This document shows, one piece after another, positions 33,931 to 44,873 of a stretch of DNA of 64,000 nucleotides. The first letter of the stretch is position 1. Every line of letters begins with the position of its first letter. Under the pieces are notes generated by a model. That model saw nothing but the letters and a program-made list of their open reading frames with translations. It made no database searches and was not told the origin of the DNA. Origin of the DNA: Schmidtea nova (lineage: Eukaryota); the NCBI GenBank assembly GCA_044892505.1, contig CM097882.1:442742001-442806000 (forward strand), read 5' to 3'. Both the position numbers and the translations under genes were made by a program.

Positions 33931-34877
33931 TTATCTTTATTTGATTCACTGCAAAAAAATACAAACACAACACGCACATGTACGATCATGTCGTTCACTA
34001 AGTAAGTGTAATAAAAATAGATGGTACTTTTTGTACTGCTCTGATTGGCGTTGGTATGCTATTAGATAACGTTTATTCAAACATCGGGACGCAATAACAA
34101 CTGAAATCAAAAATACAAAATATGTTTCTGGAAATTGTGTTAGAACAAATAATTTGTGAAAAATTTAGTAAAAATATGTATTTATTGTTATTTTGGACCG
34201 TGTTATTTCAANNNNNNNNNNNNNNNNNNNNNNNNNNNNNNNNNNNNNNNNNNNNNNNNNNNNNNNNNNNNNNNNNNNNNNNNNNNNNNNNNNNNNNNNN
34301 NNNNNNNNNNNNNNNNNNNNNNNNNNNNNNNNNNNNNNNNNNNNNNNNNNNNNNNNNNNNNNNNNNNNNNNNNNNNNNNNNNNNNNNNNNNNNNNNNNNN
34401 NNNNNNNNNNNNNNNNNNNNTAGCGAGCTTTTAATCTTGAAAATATAATCTTAAATATTCTATTTTTAACCTATTCGTTTCCTCATTTTCGATAGATATT
34501 CAGGCCAATCCATTTAATTTTTCTTGATGCAATGGTTAACGCATATATTGAAATTTGCAGGATGTCAAAACAGATTTTAAACGGCTCAAAATTGGATTCG
34601 AAATTTCCAATACGCTCTTTTAATGCTGTAATAGCATAGTTGAAAAGAACATCAAATTTTTTTTAATAAAATTTCAATCGTGACTGTTTTTGCATTTTAT
34701 CATCAGATTTTCACGTGTTTCATTATTTTCGTCAAAAAATAGGGTTATTCTTGCTCTTCCAATAGATTCGCTTTCAAAATTGTCTGGAACTTCCACTTCT
34801 TTTGCTAAAATTTTTAATTATTGAATTATTGTTGCAATTTTTCAATATGAGTAGAGTCGCATTAAGACATGCAGCAG

Positions 34878-37758
34878 TAGAGTTTCTGGTTTCCCGACTT
34901 TTTTTAATTTTCGGGATTCGGGAATTCTCATTTTTGATAAAAATATATTTCTCGAGAATCGGGATGATTTTTAAAATTCCAGAGAATTATCGGGATATCC
35001 CGAATAAAAATCCTTTTTAAAAACTACACGAAATAAGATAAATTTGAACAAATAAATGGTATTTCGGTATTGCTTTTACTGAAAACAAAATTTATACATT
35101 AAATAATTCATTAAAAATAAATAAAAAAAATATTCATACATATATAACCATATTTTTTTTTATAAATACAATTTATTGAAAAAAAATGAAAATAAAAAAT
35201 AAAGGAAGCAATAATAACATTAAAAACTACTGTCCCAACTAAGACAATAAAGGAACTAACAATTTTAATAAAACAGATATATTATTTTTCATGTTTTTGA
35301 AAATAATTTTTCAAAAAACAAAGGCAATTTAAATGTTTATCTGTCAAACGTCCTCTTAGTTTGGATGCAAAGTTATTTGAAACAGAAAAGTTTCTCTCAT
35401 TTTCTGTTGAAATAGGTTTTATAGTCATAATTGCTTCCTTTAGTTTTTTAAAATTTTTGGTTATATTTCCAGTTGCTTCATAAATACTTATTTCTTTGGA
35501 AAGTAAACGATATTCGCCATCGCTCACAATTTTGCTTGGTGCCAGTGTTTTTGAAATAGATTCTTCCAATTGCTTGCTCATATTACATATTTTTATATTA
35601 GAATTATTATTATTTTCTTTAGTAATTGTAATACAATTTTCGTCATCATTTTCTATTACCATATCCACATCTTTATCAGTGTTTTTAAACAATCGTTTTA
35701 AAATCAATTTGGCTCTCTTCATTACTTCACTTTTAGAACTCAATTTAAAAAAATTATCCTCATCCTCATGTTGATCTTCAGGAATACAGAAAGTATTATG
35801 ATCCAGTAGAAATTTAAGCAGTGATACTAACGTAACGTCTCTCCTTTTTGATATTTGTGTTTTTATTTCTTTTAAAAGAGATGAACTTATTGCAGTATTG
35901 TTATTTTTAAGAGTTGTAAATAAAAATTTCAGTACACCTTCAGCAGATAATAAATTATTATCACGACGACTGAGTGCTTCAACAGATACTCTAGCTGGTT
36001 TCAAAGCATTTAATATATCATAAGCTAGCACTTCATCAATAGTAGGATTCCATAAATGCTCTGAATTTAAATCTTTTAAAACTTTCATTATTGGACTTTT
36101 AATTCTTAAAAACCTTTCAATCATTATTTCAATTGAATTCCATCGTGTCTTCACGTCTAATATACATTGTAATTCTTGTTTCTCTTTTTCTTTTACGTAA
36201 TTTTGCAGTAAAGCATTTCTTACAGGCGAGTTTTTAAACATTTTAACGATAGTTCCTATTTTTTTATAATAGTAAATTTTAAATTAAATTTAGTAGCTGC
36301 AGTTGATCTACTATCAGTATCACCAATACCATATTGCCAGTCATCTTCATCTCCTGATGAATCGGAGCAACCACTATCACTATTTTGGACACTAGAGCTA
36401 AAACCTTTTTGATAAAATGTTGACATAACAGCTAAATGCACTGCATGATTATAACATAATTGTTGATATGCTGGTGAAAGTTTACCGAATTTTATCATCA
36501 CACTCGCACCATCACTTGTAGTAGCAACTTTATCAGTTGAAAAATTTAAACCGAATGATTTCAAATTTAAATCAACCAATTCAATGGCTTTTTCGGCAGG
36601 ATCCATCTATACGAATTAAGCCCAAATTTTCAGATTCTCCGTCATGATAATATAATTGGATATTCATATATCTACTGTTTTTGAAACTTGTCCAATCATC
36701 GATTGACTGCGAGAATTTTTTATTATTGGATTTCATCAAATTTATTTTTCAATTATATCTAACTTTTTTTCATAATATTTATATATAAAACTGGATACAT
36801 AAAACTCGATGGCTTTTAAGGTATTTCTAATAAATTCGCTTTTTGTAATAGCATTAATTGAAAACCCGTCTTGGGCAGCAAGTTTTGAAACGACATATTC
36901 AATATTGTGTTTTTTGTTTACAGTAAAATATGTTTCTAATGCTTGTTTTTTATTTGATTCAAAATTCGGTTTTTTTGTTTCCTCCAATCTACGTTTCATC
37001 CGATGCTCCCCTCCACCCAAATGCCTATGTAATCCACTAGTTGACGACGCTTTGCATCCTATTGCTTTAATACAAAATTTACAAGTAGCTGTATCGCTAT
37101 TATCAGTTCTTTTGAAATAATTCCATATATTTTTACTTAAATATTCGTTTTCATTCTGTATAATCTAGAAGGTATTTAAAAATAAAGTACAAAATAGATT
37201 TTTTTAATATTTTAACAATACTAACTTCATTTCCATCCATATATAATTATTTCATTATGTTATAATAATTTTATATTGAAATGTATAGACTGGATCGATG
37301 ATTATATTTTTATAATATTTTAATCGAATTGAAATCAGTTTTTCAGCCACAATAATTTAATAATATTCTAGAAACAAATATAAATTCAATGTATACGAAA
37401 ATCAAAATGGAACACAAAATATATTACTTGCAAATAAATTGTAGTTTTTTCTGAAATTAGCACAATGACAATTAACAACTTACAATTTTTTGTTATATAT
37501 TACTTTTTCCCAGCTGAAATTTAAGTTTGACAGAAAGTCAAATAAAATGCGACTCGAAAATCCAAAAGTTAAGTTGAATTATTTCCAAACAATTTTTACA
37601 GCGGTTGCTTAAATTTCGATTTTTGAATACGAAATATATTTCTTTCCCGAGAAAAATAATATTTCCCGAAATATAGTTTAAAAAAAATCTCGGGAAAAGG
37701 GAAAAACAAATAAATTAGTTTTCTCGAAAATTCCCGAGAGAGAATTCTTGAGACTGCA
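34878..37758 (-). mobile_element. Decayed hAT transposon with BED-finger transposase (about 35282-37150, frameshifted)
   Basis: BED finger IWNYF..ATCKFC..STSGLHRHL; also LCYNHAVHLAV, LDVKTRWNS and ISTENERNFS. Imperfect ends with TTCCCG/CGGGAA subterminal repeats; no TSD, so the boundaries are approximate. Confidence 0.8.
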
Positions 37759-37903
37759 CTTACATTGGAGGAAACTGATTGTAATTGTTTATTCCTTATA
37801 TTAATTTCAGTAAGTACTTCGTGTTAAATTACAATTCCACAAAAATATTCAAAAGAGCTCAATTTTGTAGCGATTGATTGAGCAGATATTTTAGTTAGTT
37901 AGG

Positions 37904-38715
37904 TGTTTGTGATGTTTAGCCGGTGCTCTTAGTCTGACTCCTCGGTGTTCTTTAAATTTGATTCAAGGAAATAACCCAACACAGAAGAAGTTATTTGCAA
38001 CTATCACAATTTTTTAACACACCAAGTCTGTTCAAAATTTTACAATAACTTTTATGGACTGCTTCTCCGACTTCGCGTAGGGATAAGTCCCCCAAACGAA
38101 GATCTTCCTTTCTGGTACGCTTGAAGAATGAATTTGGCTTTGAACTTTTTAATTATCGCTCTTAACTCTTTACGGATTCTCTCGTTCTGACTTCACTTAC
38201 TTTTTGCTTCGGCCATTCTGGCAAAATTTAATGTTTCTCTTTCCCTTTTATACTGCGTCTGTTGATGGGTTTCCCACTCCGCTGCAGCTGTCTAATGGTA
38301 GTTTCCGATTTGACATTTTAATTTTCTATCTGTCGGTTACGCTCTCCGGGTCTCCTCTAAAGTTAATTTTCTCAGGAATTATTACCTGTCATATTGCTTG
38401 TCCGGGTTTCCCACACTCTTCGGGTTCTCCATTGTCTCGTGTTTTCCATTAGCTCGGGCTTTCCATTAGCCAATTTACTCTTAATTAATATTTTAATAAT
38501 TTCTTGCTGGGTATCCCCCATTCACTTTATTTTATTATTTTTGGATTCGTTCCAATATTCGGCATCCACCCATTCCAATTTCCCCCGCTAATTCTTTGTT
38601 TTCGAATTTTTCCTAAATTTTAATTAATTTTGAAAATTTTATACTTTATTGATTTTTACTAAGTTTTTATGATTTTTTGTTTTTGTATTTTACTAATTTT
38701 TACTAAACCCCAACA
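37904..38715 (-). repeat. LTR of the TGTTGGGG family, reverse orientation
   Basis: Reverse complement starts TGTTGGGGTTTAG and ends ATCACAAACA, and shares internal blocks with 12597-13359. Confidence 0.7.
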
Positions 38716-39381
38716 CCTTGTTCAACTATTTGGAGTGATGAGTGGTGTGCTTACTCCAACCTTTGTAATTTGGGATAGACACATTACACAGTCAATCACT
38801 CAGAAAACTTTTTATGTCCCTTAAAAAGTGTTGTGTAGTTGTGTAGTTGTGCAAAAAAGAATGAGGCACATGCATGGCACCTTTGCATCATTATTCTCTA
38901 GTTATTTGAAAGAGTGACTGTGACACAAGATATCCTAAATTGAAATTTCAACACATTCTGTTACACATTTCCGAGCAGTATGAGTTGTCTTGATAAAAAT
39001 AAATGTCAATTGGATATTTTTTCTTAAAATATAAAAAAGGAGGGGTTGTAAGGATTGCCCAGATCCAATCAATTGGTTAATTTCATTTATATATTTTTCT
39101 CAAATAGTGCTTAAAATTTTGATTCTCAATTGTTTTTAAAATATATTTTTTTCACATATGAATTATATTTTTTCGAAGAGTTCTACAATTTTCAAAAAAT
39201 GTCCATTTTTTGTGTTGGTTTCGTGTGGTGAAATATTACGAGTAACATGGTCTAGGTTTCGATGATTATCAAACTAAACTCAAGAAAATTATCAATTCCC
39301 CATGCGTGTACCCGTAATTATTTTAGATAATTACGTTGGTAATGTGTACCATGGTTCTTTGAAGTTATTGAACAGAAGAGC

Positions 39382-41352
39382 CGGAGCGGGACATTTCAGT
39401 CTCGCCGTTTCAGTCCTGGTCAAATCAGTCCCGTCTGCTTCAATCCCAACCAATGCAAATAAATTACTTCAAATAACATTTAATGACATAAAAAACAGTC
39501 AGAGGTTATACATGTTGATAAAAACTCTCAAAGACATCTACATAAAAACTCTCAAAGTATTAGCATAAAAAATCAATGCAAATAGATAACTTTTAATAAC
39601 ATTTAATTACATAATAACATTTAATGACATAATATGACATATATGTTGATAAAAACTCTCAAATACATCTAGATGAAAACTTTCAAAGTTATTGCATAAT
39701 GAAATTGTGCGCCAATCCTCGAAGATACTCTACGATGTCACGTTTGTTGTAGGTGGACACTAAGTTGTAAATTCTATCATCAGCTTGTATGTACTTGCGT
39801 CTCTTTGCCGGTGCTGGAGTGCCTGCCACATACGCCTCGTAGACGACATCTCGCCCCTTCTGGACGCATCGTAGCCCATCAATAAAGCGCCAAATTGAGG
39901 GATGAGAAATGTCGAGCTCCGTCTGAAGTCTTCGATGTGCAGCCTCCGCGTGAATGTTTGTGCGGTCCTGGTTATTTAGAACGCGATCATAGACATTCCA
40001 CAATGGGGGCGGAAAGGAAGGAGCACGTCGTATGCGATTGCGTCCAAAGCGTCTACCAAGGTAACTATCTTCGAGCCAATTGAGGATGGGCTGTAGTTCA
40101 TCATGAAGTTCTTCTGTGAGTGTATCGAAAGCGACATCTAGGTTGACGATGGGAACGAATGCGATAGCAATGATCATCCGGGCCTGCAGTGAAAACATCG
40201 TATCATTATCGTAACAATTAAGCAAACCTGCAGCACGTAAATGTACTCTAAAGTTCTTCATTAAGTGGAACAGGCATCCTCGGAGAACAGCTGAAGGGAA
40301 ATTAGCACGGACTGCGTTTTTAACAGCCATTTCTAAGTCAAGTGAGATGAACGACGGATTGAATTGAGGCCAGAGTTCTTTAATGATTCTGAACAACCTA
40401 TCGTATGTAACTTGCTGCTTGTTCCCAAGGAGGGCATACAGCACAGGGAAGACATATCTACCACATTTAGCCAACACCACGAAGACCTGCTCAAAGAGTG
40501 GTGGAGCTAAACTGAACGTGCCGTCTATGAACACTTCATCCATCTGCTGACTCCAGCGTATATGGCTTTCACGTCCAAATAGAATTATTCGGTTAACATC
40601 ATCCTGTTCTGTGTTACCTAGTACAAAGCGTTCCTGCTCTCCTGGAACTGACTCGTACATTCGATATTCATCGGGAATTATTAGTTGGGTTAAGTTTGTT
40701 GGATTTGCTGGAGCCATGGCCAATCGATTTCTGATCCTTTGAATAACCTTCCTGTTTGCATCTTTATTTGGCATCTGACCCATCGTTGCTAGATCGATGC
40801 CCTGGATGACATGGTTTATGATTTGTGCAGGTTGTTCTATTGTTTCATCGGCTCGCCTCTTTATCGATGTTTTAACTTTAACCACCTCAACTCGAGCAGC
40901 ATTGCTTCCGTGACTGTGACTCCCACTTCTATTGACTATGGCATCGTTAAAATCAGTGTGAATCCGGGCTTTGCATTGTCCCTGATTATCGCATCTCCAG
41001 AACTTCCTTTCTCCGTTTGCGCTCATTTTGCAGAAACTGAAAGGATGCCCTTCATCTGCCAACTTTTTACGTCCTCGTTGAGACTTCAAATCATCAGTCA
41101 TGACGGTTAGTTTAGTTAAAATTTAACGTTTTGCGAATTAATAAATGTCCTAATTCCTAATATTTACTAATACTAATGTTTTTGTTTACATTTGTCTAAG
41201 CGTGTTTTCGTTTTCTTTTCGTCACAATGTTTCATCCAAAATTATGCCTTAGGACTTAGGACTTAAACGGTCAGTATTGAAACAGTCGAGACTGATTTGA
41301 CGAGGACTAAATCGGCGGGACTAAAACGGCGGGACTGAATAGTCACGGACCG
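39382..41352 (-). mobile_element. Complete Mutator-like (MULE) transposon, 1971 bp
   Basis: Imperfect TIRs CGGAGCGGGAC.. / ..GTCACGGACCG with TCAGTCCCG-type repeats, and a perfect 9-bp TSD CAGAAGAGC (39373-39381 and 41353-41361). Confidence 0.93.
39689..41101 (-). CDS. FLYWCH-MULE DDE transposase, intact, 470 aa
   Basis: FLYWCH (FWRCD..CKARIHT..HSH), FIDGTF (D), SLDLE (D), CLFH, RTNIHAE (E). Confidence 0.92.
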   Translation of the reverse strand: MTDDLKSQRGRKKLADEGHPFSFCKMSANGERKFWRCDNQGQCKARIHTDFNDAIVNRSGSHSHGSNAARVEVVKVKTSIKRRADETIEQPAQIINHVIQGIDLATMGQMPNKDANRKVIQRIRNRLAMAPANPTNLTQLIIPDEYRMYESVPGEQERFVLGNTEQDDVNRIILFGRESHIRWSQQMDEVFIDGTFSLAPPLFEQVFVVLAKCGRYVFPVLYALLGNKQQVTYDRLFRIIKELWPQFNPSFISLDLEMAVKNAVRANFPSAVLRGCLFHLMKNFRVHLRAAGLLNCYDNDTMFSLQARMIIAIAFVPIVNLDVAFDTLTEELHDELQPILNWLEDSYLGRRFGRNRIRRAPSFPPPLWNVYDRVLNNQDRTNIHAEAAHRRLQTELDISHPSIWRFIDGLRCVQKGRDVVYEAYVAGTPAPAKRRKYIQADDRIYNLVSTYNKRDIVEYLRGLAHNFIMQ

Positions 41353-43266
41353 CAGAAGAGCTGTGCGGCCACGACTACTCTTCTCTAAATTCTATTTAAT
41401 GGTTTCTCTCGTGTCGATAGAAGACACTTAATGTTCTGACCATACGTCTTACTGGTCACAAATTTCGACGATTTAGTAGCTGTTTTACTTTAAAATAATT
41501 CAGATAAAAATTACGAAACTTGAGTATCTAAACACTAAAGTTGACAAAATATTTGCTTCGGCTCTGTATAAATATTTTATTCAAACTAAAAAAAACTCGA
41601 AAAATTATAATTCTGAGTAATTCATAAAATATTTCTGAATGCTAAAATTTTGTGGAACCTTTATAATATTAACACGGAGCTATAGGGCTCCGTTGAGCAC
41701 ACATTGAAAATCATTGGCCTAAATAATCGAATCGATTTGTTAATGAAATTGGTTCAGCATCGATGTCATTTGTCTTGCAATATTCATTTTTGGAATTTTG
41801 TTGAACTTTGTTGAAATTATCATCGATGTTTTCTTCGTGTTAAAAATTAACTACATTCAGCGCTTGGAAGTAATATTTTGTCGACTGGAGCAAACTTTTT
41901 AAAAAGGCACCTTTTATGGTCAAGAAGTTTAAAAACACACATTTTAAAGGGATAATATATATTATATATATTTTCAATTTATTTATAATTATGTACATAA
42001 AATAAAATTTTAATTTTGGACCTTAATTTCCGCAAAATCGTTTATTAAAGCGTTATAAAAGACTCAACAATGGTGCCTTCAATGGAAATCAATGATAAAC
42101 TCATTAATATTCCTTGTCCCATTGATGATCTTAAATAATTTTTAATTATTTTCAATATAAAAAAACTGTATTCCACAGAAGCTACCAATACAGGTAAAGT
42201 TAGAAAAATCTTTTAAAAAATGCCTAAATTTGGAATTATTGTAATTATATTGTTCTTGCCTAAATAATTAAAAATTTATATTGGATACATTTTAGATGAG
42301 AATAAGGAAGTAAAATTTATTATTTTTTCACAAATTTCAATACCATCAGTTAATATTAACTTGAAATCCTTACAATATTATAATATTTACAATTTATCTT
42401 TATATTTTAAATATTATATATAAATTCGTAATATTTAGTATGTTTTCCATTTGTTCAAATCTTCGTTGATTGATGTAATAGTAGTGTCAAAAATGAAATT
42501 AAAAATATTATTTTATAGTTATAGTGCGGATCTAAAATGGGATAATCTGCAGATTTGTATTTAAATTGTCTATTTTTAAGACTTATTCCAACAGTTTGAA
42601 TATCTTGAAAATGTCCTTCAATTTACATAGTTTCAGCTATTCTTTTTGATTCATCAACGTACTGTTGTTGGTTTCGGATTGGGTTAAAACAAAAATAGTA
42701 AATTAAACTAATAATTATTTTTAAACGCTCTAGGGATTCCTCCATCCAAAACCTCACATAAAATGCTTACCTATCACACGAGCACCCTCGATCATTTCCC
42801 TGTAATAATCGAGTTGGAAATGTGCAAGGTGTTTGAACAATGATGGGCAGGTGAGCTCTATTGCTAAAACTACTCCCCATTTATGTTCACGGGTTCGTCT
42901 CGCTGCCGATAGAAGGACTTACGCTTTAACTTTAATCTATCCGCATCCATTATCTTTCCTCTCCATGTTTCTTTAGCCCCCTTCTTTACAATATATTTCA
43001 ACTTTCAACTTCTCTTTCAGCCCCCTTCTTTACAATATCAACAAATAATCCTTAATCAATTACAATTTATTATCTCTTTAATGTTTCTATTGTTTATTAG
43101 ATTTATGTTAATCTTATTGTTAATTCTAATGTATAGTTAATTTATTCTATATTTTCCTTTAAATTATTTTAAATTTTCAATAAATCACATTATTTTCTAT
43201 ACTCTACCATAAAATAAATACAAACAAAAATTATTTAATAAGCAAAATAACTAAATCACAGAAGTT

Positions 43267-43857
43267 CTATTCAAAGTATTTGGTAATGTCTTCATCCGAT
43301 ATTGCAAAGTTCATTGTTAGATCAATCTCGGGAATTTCTTTTGATTGTTGAGCCAATTGCTGGAGCACTTGCTTCTTCCAGCGACGCTGACGTGCGCCCA
43401 TCTTACTCTTCTTTTTCTTCTTGACTTCTGGATTGGTCGTGTTCTTTGGTATACTGGCTGCTATTGTTGCTTGAACCTGAGAGGTTTCCTCGGTGTTCGT
43501 TCCCTTCGTGCATCCTGCTTTCTCGTCAGCCCAATGCTGATAAGTGATTGGTCGAATGAGCTGACTGAGCTCTTGAGTTAAATACGACGCCGTTACAGAT
43601 TTCAGACATTTCTTTAATTCCATCTTCGTCGCGTCCAATTCCATTTGGATCTCTTCGTTTGCTCGCTGTGAGCGTTGATTTTTTACAATTTGGGTTTTCA
43701 TCTGCTCTGGACTGAACCAGCTTTTCTTCAGGTTGGAGATTATGCCATCGGCTTCTTTTATTTTTTCCGATTTCCGTAACATTTCTTTGTCCAGGCTGCG
43801 AATTATCCTCCATGCTTTATCTAATTCGGCTTGATTAGTTGCTGTGTTGGCTGACAT
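43267..43857 (-). CDS. Orphan coiled-coil protein with a basic NLS-like tract, 196 aa
   Basis: ATG-started ORF that is less AT-rich than its flanks, with heptad-like N-terminal half and KKKKKSKMGARQRRWKK. No family recognised. Confidence 0.55.
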   Translation of the reverse strand: MSANTATNQAELDKAWRIIRSLDKEMLRKSEKIKEADGIISNLKKSWFSPEQMKTQIVKNQRSQRANEEIQMELDATKMELKKCLKSVTASYLTQELSQLIRPITYQHWADEKAGCTKGTNTEETSQVQATIAASIPKNTTNPEVKKKKKSKMGARQRRWKKQVLQQLAQQSKEIPEIDLTMNFAISDEDITKYFE

Positions 43858-43985
43858 GTTCTAAAATTCAAAATGGTTTATTAACATGAAATTGGCAGTC
43901 TTGATTTGAACGATTCTCATACTTTTGACAATCATTAATTGCGAATTCAGGAAGAGAAAATGATTTACCTATTACACTTTCAACA

Positions 43986-44123
43986 CTGTCGCTATGTACA
44001 GCGATCAGATACATTTATTTCATAATGCATTTTATTTAGTTACGCCTGTGCTATATACAGCAATCAGGATAAGAAAATTATAAGAATAAACTAAGGTCCA
44101 CTGCCCTATGTACAGGGTTCAGG
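43986..44123. repeat. Three spaced hairpins with loop AT(G/A)TAC
   Basis: Stems TCGCT/AGCGA, TGCT/AGCA and CCCT/AGGG, each inside an outer CTG/CAG pair. Confidence 0.75.
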
Positions 44124-44584
44124 ATAAGCAATTATATTTAATTATTTATGTGGAATGTTTGAACCTATAGCCTATTGCTGCTATGTTACTTGCGTAGTAG
44201 ATCACTACGTTATTAGAGTTATCGATTTTTATGTTGTTATTAAAATTATACTTTGTACAAATTCTTAACCGTGTATCTGCCGCTCTATGCCCACAAACCC
44301 CAGATGTGACAATCGAAAAATATACGCTAACACTCTGTGAATCTCAAGGTAAAATCAGGTTAATAAAATCGCAATTATATCCGTCTCAAACTAAAATCAA
44401 AACTCAACTTAACTATAAACTCAAAAATTTTAAATCGATTATAAAATAAAACTTCAACTGGCTATACTATCCAGTGAAAAATAAGGTTAGAAATCAAAAA
44501 TAAAATTCCTACCCTCGTCACGGCGCTTTACACCGGTCGGACGGCCTAACTGTACGGAGCAGTCGTTTCTACTCGGCACAGTAT

Positions 44585-44873
44585 GCCTCCATTTCACCGA
44601 TTGCACGGTGATCGGAGCCCCTTAAATCATACGTAATTTTCTACTATAACTACGGTATATAAATAATATATATTCGCCTCCTTCCACTGATTTCACAGTG
44701 GAAGAAGCTCGACTCAAAAATTTATTCATAAAAATATACTTCAACCTAATTGTTAATATCACAACATAATGTTGCCTCCTTCCACCGATTACACGATGGA
44801 AGAAGCTCAATAAAAGATATATAATAGATATATAAAGTCGTCTCCTACCATTGATTGCACAGTGGAAGAAGCT
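44585..44873. repeat. Four spaced 34-nt hairpin repeats (CCTCCTTCCAC(C/T)G-ATT(G/T/A)CA-C(A/G)GTGGAAGAAGCT type)
   Basis: Copies at 44585, 44676, 44774 and 44840, separated by unrelated AT-rich spacers. Confidence 0.75.

Noticed and set aside
6053-34448. ORFs spanning N runs (6089-6403, 10804-11202, 11881-12035, 17975-18321, 20882-21032, 23913-24043, 34212-34420)
   Set aside because: Artefacts of unknown bases; the flanks are low-complexity.
44505-44585. Hammerhead ribozyme
   Set aside because: GTGACGA replaces CTGANGA, and stems II and III do not pair at the conserved positions.
44585-44873. CRISPR array call for the spaced palindromic repeats
   Set aside because: Eukaryotic context, no cas genes, diverged repeats and uneven spacers (about 32-64 nt); kept only as an unexplained array.
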